Below, one piece after another: positions 55,856-64,000 of a stretch of 64,000 bases of DNA. How positions within the stretch are numbered: the stretch's first letter is position 1; the number at the start of each line of letters is the position of its first letter. Made by a program: the position numbers and the translations under genes. The DNA is from Rhynchopus sp. YZ270_cl-10 (Eukaryota), in assembly GCA_964035575.1 (NCBI GenBank), contig OZ037843.1:1178001-1242000 (forward strand). Reading direction: 5' to 3'. The notes under the pieces are model-generated. The model was not told the DNA's origin. It did no database searches and worked only from the letters and a program-made list of their open reading frames with translations.

Positions 55856-57385
55856 CAGGGTATTAGGGTGGTTAAAAAAACTGGTTTTGAAAACCAGTTT
55901 TTCCAAAAACTGGTTTTCAAAAAAAAAAAAAAAAAACAGAGAAATCTGGAGCAGAGCTCGCGCTAAAGTCCATCCCTCATCCCGGGATTTTTGGGGGTTT
56001 TGGTAGGAACGTTTTTTTTTTGCAGTACGGGGATTTCATTAAGAAACCAGAAGTTCTAATATTGTTGAGTAAGACCACCACATAGTGGACTTGCATATAC
56101 ATGTGACCCCGCCGTGGAACGCAATTGGCTCGGAAAGTCAAAAGAAAGAGGAGAAAAAAGAAAAGGAAAAAAAAAAAAAAAGTTGGTTACCGTGCGCCTG
56201 CGGCGCTGCCTGTTCCCTTCCAGTTTCTACAGGCAAACACTTGCCCCCTTTACCTTACACTGACGGGTTTTGACCAAAACCAAGAACTTGTCCATTTCGG
56301 CAAATTGACCCCACCACAGAACGGACGAATTCCGGAAATGCAAATGCCGGTGTTTTCGCGCATTTTCATGTTGCAAGACGTCAGGATCAGGGAGAGAAAA
56401 TCTGGTTGTGGGATTTACATTGGCCCTCTTTACCCACATGGATTTTGACCAAAACCAAAAAATTGGCCATTTCGGCAAAGTGACCCCACCACAGCGCGGA
56501 CGGATTCCGGAAATTCCAATCGCGGTGTGTTTTGGGGCTGAAAACCCACTGATTTTCAGGAGAAAAATTGCTTCCAAATCTCGGAATTTTCCGAATTTTC
56601 CTGAAAATGACCCTTGTTTACGAGTATGGGTTCATATTTTGCGAAATTTAAGTCACTAAAATTTTGTCCATTTTTCCGTATATACCCCACCACAAGCCGG
56701 GATTGGCCCGGAAATGCCACAAAACGGGGTTTCCGGGCCTCCCCAGCTAACCTTTTCAAGGAACGTTTTTCCGTACCCGAAATCCATTTTTTCCCCATTT
56801 TTTCCCATAATTAGCGCGACCACTGATCTGGAGGGGGAAAAAAAACCGACACTTTTCACCAGGCCTTTCTGTAAATGTCGTCCCCAGATTAGGGCGGACT
56901 CGATTTTTTTCCCCGCATTTTTTCCCCGCCTGGTAGAACCGTGGTTGAACCACGGGAGTGCCTTCGGGAAATGGCTGTTCCTTGATTTTTTTTTTGCCTG
57001 CGGCGCCATTTTTCATTTTTTGCTCCGCCAAAAAGGGTTCGTTTGAGTGGCTCTGTGGTGTAAAAAGCTAGATTTTTACACCGTACCCTCAAAAAATTTT
57101 CGCCTGCGGCGCCATTTTATATTATTTTTTTGCTCCGCAAAAAAAAATGCAGTCCCTATGTTCTCAATGTCTACCCTGGGTCAGCAGCGCCGAAAAATAT
57201 TTTGAAATCGGATTCCTGGATAAGACACTGACCCCACCCCCGAAAAACTCGAAAGGGGTGACTGTGTCCGTCGTGTCCGTCAACGGTGGAGGTTTTCGCC
57301 AGAAACACTAGTTTTTGCCGCCCAGGAGAGAAAACCAGAAAAACCAGTTTTTTACGGGATTTTGGATTTTCACCCTAATACCCTG
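55856..57385. mobile_element. hAT element B, same family as A, inserted 12 bp downstream of it
   Basis: Same TIRs and colinear core as A. Flanking duplication GTGGAAT (7 bp). Confidence 0.9.
55952..56825. mobile_element. 874-bp hAT element nested in element B
   Basis: ATCTGGAG|CAGAGCTCGCGCTAA ... TTAGCGCGACCACTG|ATCTGGAG (8-bp TSD). The empty site is seen in element A at about 54381. Confidence 0.9.
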
Positions 57386-58399
57386 GTGGAATACAAAAAA
57401 AAAAAAAAAAGGAAAATTGCTCTCTATTGATTTAACCCTAGATGCGTATGTGTTTCATATGTCGAATGTGGACACATCCATCCGTGCAATTTATACGTTT
57501 ATTTTTTAAACACCTTGATAGGAAAATTGTTCAAAAAAAAAGTGTAGCTAAAGCTAGTTAATGAGATATCAGCGATTTTCCTTTTTGTATCAGAACAGTT
57601 TGGCAAAAAGGATGTGTTCACTACTACGAGCAGTTTTTTTTTTTTATTACCTCCCTTTTTCTCTTTATTTATTTTTTTTTTTTTTGTGATTCGATTATCG
57701 TCGTGTTTCTTTTGTTTCTTTAAAAAGACAATTTTGAGGAGGGCGAGGACCTTCTCGCTTTCCTCACACGATACCTTACCCCCCCCCTACCCTTTCCCTA
57801 TTTTGTTGCATTTTATTTTGCAACTGACGCGCTGGAGAGGCCCTGGCCAAACATGGCGTGTTAGGGGAAATATATTCGTCGCACAGATTAGATCAGAGAC
57901 CCCACCCGATATGTTTCTCATTTTACCTCTTTTGTGCTCCGCCACCGACACTCCCATTTTCTGTACTTCAGGCAATACTCATATACCATCACACACTGAC
58001 ACAGTCCGCGTGTGCTGGAAACAATCAATTTTTTCAAAAAAAAAAAAAAGGGTGGAAGCGTGCAATGCAACAAACGGTCGAGATCTGATCAAGCGAAACG
58101 GATATATTTTTGTCACCTCATGAAGGAGGAAATAGAAACAAAAGCATTTTGAACACACTTTGCGGTTCTGGGGGGACGAACCGCGCTGCAGAGAGCCACT
58201 CCTCACCAAAACAGGTCGAGGTGTTGTGCATTTCACCACAACCTGTCTCCCCATGGGTTTTATCGTGTGATGAGTGTTAAGTTTCTATTTTGAAAAAAGT
58301 TGAATGCGAGCTGCGCCTTAGCATTGTTAGCGATGTTCACGATCAATAATGAGGGTGAGATTGAGTGGCAAAGATGAAGGTGCATTCAGTCTTATTGGA

Positions 58400-58504
58400 T
58401 GTTCCGGGGTATGTGATTTTAGAAATCTTCACAACTTTTCACATTTTTTTGTGAAGAGTTGTGAATTGAACTGAAAATTTCTAAAATCCCATACCCCGGG
58501 AACA
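58400..58504. repeat. ~105-bp foldback between two copies of a ~45-bp direct repeat
   Basis: TGTTCCGGGGTATGTGATTTTAGAAAT / ATTTCTAAAATCCCATACCCCGGGAACA. GGTGAGATTGAGTGGCAAAGATGAAGGTGCAT occurs at about 58354 and 58562. Confidence 0.7.
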
Positions 58505-59777
58505 CCCCGCTACATTTTTTTCTTTCTTTGAATCAATAAGCATTGGCCATTAAGTCTTAATGGTGAGATTGAGTGGCAAAGATGAAGGTGCATGCAGTCT
58601 TATACATTTTTTCTTTTGAATCAATAAGAGCATTAGCCCTATTCACATTTGCACAACTATAGCCGTTTCCCGCCCCCTTTTTGAAGTCTACTGTCGTCTC
58701 TGCATTTCAAGGCACGTTTTGTTTTGTGAATGGTTAATAAAACCTGGAGTGCTCTTTTGTGCATTTTTTTCTTTTTCTTTTTTGCATTGCCCCGCTACTG
58801 TTAGCGGGTCTCTTAGGGAAAGGTGTACTGACTGTGCCCTACTTTTTATTTGCAAAAAAAAAAAAAAGCAAAAGATTTATTCAAAAAAAAAAAAAGAGGA
58901 GACGACGCTGGACAAAACTCCATAACTTTCGATTGAAAATATTATCTTTTTCATCATTTTTTTTGGGGGATGCGTTCAATGAAATCATTTGTAGAAAAGT
59001 TTCGAGGATGTAGGTTTTATTATTTTTTGCATACTTCCCGTGCGTAACTCCGCAGCGTTGGCTCTGAGGGTGAATGACTTAGTACGTGAGGCTTAGAATT
59101 TTACAAAACATTTTATTTTATTTTTCTTCGCCCTTTCAGTGACTTCCCCTTGGTAGCGAAAAGAACCCCGGCAAACAAAAAAAAAAAGAAATATTTTTTT
59201 TAGCACCGCGAACAATTCAAGACACATTAGGTGTACCTTGGTGTTTACTATCGACGCAACCAAAACAAAAACAAAAAAAACGTTTGCTTTCTCCCCCTGC
59301 CTTTTCATTTATCAGAAGCCAACCACGAACTGGACGTAGACTAGGAGCGTCCATCCCCCGGTGTACACTGTTCACGAGAGGGATTTTTATTTTTTTTGAA
59401 TTTCAAGTCAAATATTTCACGGGTTGCCTACGATCGTAGTACAAATTTTACGATCGTTACTTTGTCGTTTTTTTGGTACGATCGTAAAATTTCGTACGAT
59501 CGTATCATCACGAGTGTGACTGAAATCAAGCTATTTTGTTTAAGATAAGGTGACTAAGCACGAGAGGCTTAGGATCATCTTATAAACTTTTCTTTGTTTT
59601 TGCCTCCACTAGAAAGTCCCCATGTCCCCATATGGTCGTATCGTCAGAGGTGAAATTCTTAGATCGCGGGAAGACAGTAACCTCCGCCGTGTATCTCTTC
59701 GTTCTACCACCACCACCCACCTACCACCACCACCACCAGAGCCCCCCCCCACTCCACACCTCCCAGGTGTACCAAAG

Positions 59778-62700
59778 ATGTCGTACAACGACGACACCGC
59801 AGGGCTGAGCGCGTCTGCCAAGGGGCGTACCTCACGTCCCTCGGGTGCTCCCCCGCGCAAGGCCAAGCGCAGGAACAGCGGATCCGAGGGCAACCTGCCT
59901 GCACCCACACCCGGCGGTGGCAGCACGCACCTCGGTTTCGACAACGACGACGACTCTCCGAACCTTGCAGCAGGGGGAAGGCGTGCGAGCGTCAACCTGC
60001 ACTCCCGCTCGCAGTCTCCGTATGTCGTCCTTTCTTATTGTGTCACCTCATGAAATGAAGGAAATAGATGGTTCTGGGGGACGAACCGCGCTGCAGAGCC
60101 ACGCCTCCCACCAAACAGGTCGAGGAATGTGCCTTTCACCACTCTTTGGAATGCGATAACCTCTGAGAAAATCAGATGGGGGGGAAAAAAATCATATTTT
60201 TGCTTTGTTTTACCCAAGACCAGAAGAGTCAGTTTAGTACCCCAAAGCCTTCGTTTTGCGGAAGGGGTTTAACACTTTGATTTTTTTTTTTCCTCAAAAT
60301 ATGCTTATTTTTTTTACACCAAAACAGCAACCACACCACCAACAACACCAACCCTTCACCCCGCCCTGCCGCTCCTCAAGCTCCACCTACCCGCAGTGGT
60401 GGTCGCAGAAGCAGCCTGGTCAACAACACCGGCACTGTCGAGACTCTGTCTGGCAAGACTGAGTCGCAGAACACCAATGTCAGAGTCATGGTCCGTGTCC
60501 GGCCGTTCAGCACACGCGAGGTGGAGGAGGTTGAACAGAGCGAGAGCGGGTACATGCAGTCCGTCATCGACATGCCACGACGTGACCAGGTCCTCCTCCT
60601 TGACCACAAGAGCGACTACCAGGTGGCGAACGGATTCAACTTTGACGAAGTGTTCTGGTCCTGCACCCAGCAGAAGAGCAACGTCAACTTCTCCGACCAA
60701 AAGAAGGTCTACGATATGACCGGGCTCCCGGCGCTTGCTGCCGCATGGGACGGCATTAACTCCTGCATCTTCGCGTATGGTCAGACCGGCTCCGGCAAAA
60801 CCCACACCATGATGGGAGACCCAGAGCAGATCGCTAAGGAAGAGGGATGTGAGGAGTCACTCCTCGGAGTCATTCCGAGATTATGCAAAGATCTGTTTGA
60901 TGAGCTCGAGAATAAGGAGAAGACCGCGGTGCAGGCAGGACTTCGTCGCAAATCCGACGTCCGCGTTCGGTTCTACGAAATCTACAACGAAAAGGTTAAG
61001 GACCTCCTCTGCCGTGCCGATGGTGAGCTGGAACGTTTTAAGTACGCCGGAACGACACAACAGAAATTCGACACTGACGATCTCCGCATTCGCGAGCACC
61101 CCACCGAAGGACCCTATGTCGAGGGCATCACCATCCACAACCCCAGATCCTACAAGGACATCATCCGTCTCATCAACGCAGGGAACCAGGAACGTAGCGT
61201 TGGGTCCACGAATTTGAACGACAGATCCTCGAGGTCGCACGCTCTGTTCCGTATTACCGTGACGCAGACGACGTTCTACGACCAACAGCGTGTCGGAATT
61301 GGAGGTCCGAAGACGACAACGCATCAGCGTCGTGCGAACATCAATTTGGTCGATCTGGCAGGATCTGAGAATGTGAAGCGCAGTGGCGCGCGAGGCTCGC
61401 TTCTTCTCGAGGCGCAAAAGATTAATTTGTCTTTGACGACCCTCCGACGTGTCATCGACGCTCTTATCGAAAAGAAATCGAAGGCGCAGGTTCCGTACAG
61501 AGATTCTACCTTGACGTGGCTGCTTCGTGAGGATCTTGGTGGAAATGCAAAGACCTTTATGCTTGCCACCGTCTCCCCGCATCACGTTAACTCGCATGAA
61601 TCGCTGCGTACTTTGGAGTACGCTATGCGGGCCAGAGCGATTGTCAACTCGGTGCGTGTCAATGAGGATGAGACTGCAAAGATGCTTGCAGACCTCGAAA
61701 AGAAGATGCTCGACGCCCGCAAGGAGCTGAACGACGCCCGCACTGACGCAGAGGTGGAGGAGCTGGAGCAGAAGATGGAGGAGGCGAAGAAGGCGCGCAA
61801 CGATATTGAGGAGCAACTTGCCGAGGCCTCGGCGGAGGTGATGGAGTACAAGGAGAAGCTGGAGCAGGAGAAGGAGAAGAACATGGCGTTTGCCTTCCGT
61901 CACGCTGTCATGCTGCGTGCGGCGAAGCTGCGTCTCAACACTGCCGAATCGCGCAACCAAGGCCAAAGCGACGAGCTTCTCGCCCTCAAGAAGAAGGTCC
62001 AAGAAACCGGCCACGACAACATCGACGATATGGCGCACAGTCTCCACAGAGAGCGCGGCAAGGTCTCGCACCTCTCGCAACAAAACATGGAGATGCAACG
62101 TGAAAAGGACGACCTCCTCAAGCGTCACGAAGACCTCATGTATGATATTTTTCACTTTTTTTTAACCCCTCAGACTAAATCACGAGAGGCTTATGATCAA
62201 ATAAACTTTTCTTTATTTTACCCTACCTTTTTTTAACCCCCACAGCAAGGCCATGCAGACTGAAGCAGAGACGACAGAACAGGGCCGCAAGGACGCGCTT
62301 GAGCACAGTAGAGGTCTCCTCGAGAAGGAAGCGGAGTACAAGCGTGAGATCAGCAGTGTGCACAGCACCCACTCCAAGAAGGTGGAAGAGTATGTTGCGT
62401 GGTGGGGGGACAAACCATTTTTCTGTGGTGTGGCTCATCCCAAAAATAAAGTGTACTTTTTTGTTGGTGTGAAGGGGGGGGGTGCTATTTTGTGCTATTT
62501 TGGGGTCGTCAGCCACACCATTTGTACTTCTTTTTGATTATGTTGTGGTGTACTTAGGGGGGGTTTGAGCCACACCATTGAAACATTTTTTAAAACCTCT
62601 TCGCCACCTCCGCAGCCTTTCGGAGGACCACGAACGCCAGCTTGCCAAGATCAAGGCGACGCACGACCAAGAGCTCAGTGAGATTATCTATGAGAACGAG

Positions 62701-64000
62701 CGCATGTACGAGGAGTTCCAGACAAAGATCCAGTCGCTTGAGGACAAGGTGTGTACTTCGCTGGTTTTTGTTTTTGTTTAGTTTTGTTTTTGTATTGTCA
62801 AACCCCCCTGCAAAAATAGCAAACCCTCATTGAAAACTGGCAACACCTTTTGTTGCCGCCCTCGTTCTCTTACGGTACGGGCCCAGTCATTAGGTTTCCT
62901 TTGTACATCTTCTGTTGTTGGCCGCAGGGTACTTTTGCTTTCATCCGGATGGCTGGCATCGTACGTGGGTCAGTCGGAGGTGCCTGCATTAATAACTTCA
63001 CTTTGTTGTCTGTAACCATTAAAAAGTTTTGTGTTGTGAAATCAGTTACTCTTCAATAACCACCATTTTGCCTTTCACGATGCCAGCCACATCACGACAT
63101 CAGATGGGTCAATCAGAGGTGCCTGCATCACCAACTACCATTTTCCTCCCCCCATCCACATTTTTTCCAAGCTCCTCATGAATCATTCTCTTCCACAGCT
63201 CCGTTCTGAGAAGGACGAAAACGCGAAAGCCATGCGCCTCCTGGAGAAAGACCGTGAAGAGCAGCAGAGGTATACATCTTCAAAGAGTCCATTGTTTCTT
63301 TTCCCCCCCTCGATCTTTGCTTTTTTCCTCTCTGACTTTCGCGTCTACAACACTACTCAGCAAAAAACAAACAGATTATAGTGGAGCACACTCTAGGGTG
63401 GCTACACTAATACAAACCAAGTTTTCAAAAAACAAACAGAACACTGGGCACAAAGCACTTTCAAAACAAAATCATTTTCAAACTCTCCCCTTCCCCTCCA
63501 CCTCCCCTCCACAACAGATACCTGCACGCCGATATCCAACGTCGCGAAGAGATGATCGACAAACTCGACTTCGAGCTCTCCGAGAACACCCAGCTCAAGG
63601 AGAAGTACCTCATCGAGCTGCGCACACTCCGCGAATCCTCCGAACGCGAGAAGGCCGAGGCGAAGTACACCAACGACGCACGCATGGCAGACATGGTCAC
63701 AGAAGCCAACAAGAAAAACGAAGCCAAAGCGGCCAAGATGCGCGAATACGTCCTGCGCGCTGAGGAAGACGCGGACCGCGCCTCGAAGGAAAAGGTGGAG
63801 GTGCAGAAGCACTTCGAGGAGGTCGCGAAGCGGGAGGACAAATACTCGCAGACGTTCGACCTGGTGTGCCACTTCCTGCAGCAGCTCCCTGCGGACGGCG
63901 ACATCCCGAAGGATTGGACGCTGGAGGACATCAAGCGCATGCTGCGCTCCTTCCAGCAGTTCAAGAAGGACTACGCCAGCTACCGCCCCAACAAGGAGTC
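59778..64000 (+). CDS. Kinesin motor protein (kinesin-3/Unc104-like) with a long coiled coil; spliced, 3'-truncated by the window. Exons 59778-60019, 60397-62139, 62246-62389, 62616-62748, 63199-63269, 63518->64000
   Basis: Motifs VRVRPF, GQTGSGKT (P-loop), NDRSSRSH (switch I), DLAGSE (switch II), REHPTEGPYVEG, YRDSTLTWLL. Five GT(A/G)T..(C/A)(A/G)CAG introns whose removal keeps the reading frame at every junction. Confidence 0.95.

Noticed and set aside
62140..62236. Kinesin C-terminus as given by the ORF track
   Set aside because: Read-through into intron 2. Splicing continues the coiled coil in frame.

Overview
Eukaryotic nuclear DNA, not prokaryotic. It has GT-AG spliceosomal introns, every credible protein gene lies on the + strand, and starts are preceded by AC-rich tracts ending in CACAG/CAG. 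This fits a trans-splicing euglenozoan, most likely a diplonemid (inference). Gene content: (i) a membrane adenylate cyclase with intact catalytic residues, followed by an array of four intact and two broken paralogues that keep the membrane module but have only a catalytically dead cyclase domain; (ii) five tandem ubiquitin-like (Ubl)-WD40 genes with a nearly invariant Ubl and hypervariable propeller loops, plus a Ubl-LRR gene carrying a homologous Ubl; (iii) several secreted or membrane proteins; (iv) the 5' part of a spliced kinesin-3-like gene. Intergenic DNA is packed with non-autonomous TIR transposons (hAT, Mutator, CACTA-like, Tc1/mariner-like, Harbinger-like). Many have verifiable TSDs, several are nested, and elements with different TIRs share internal cargo. 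No transposase ORF, rRNA, tRNA or CRISPR array was recognised. All family assignments come from reading motifs by eye; no searches were run.
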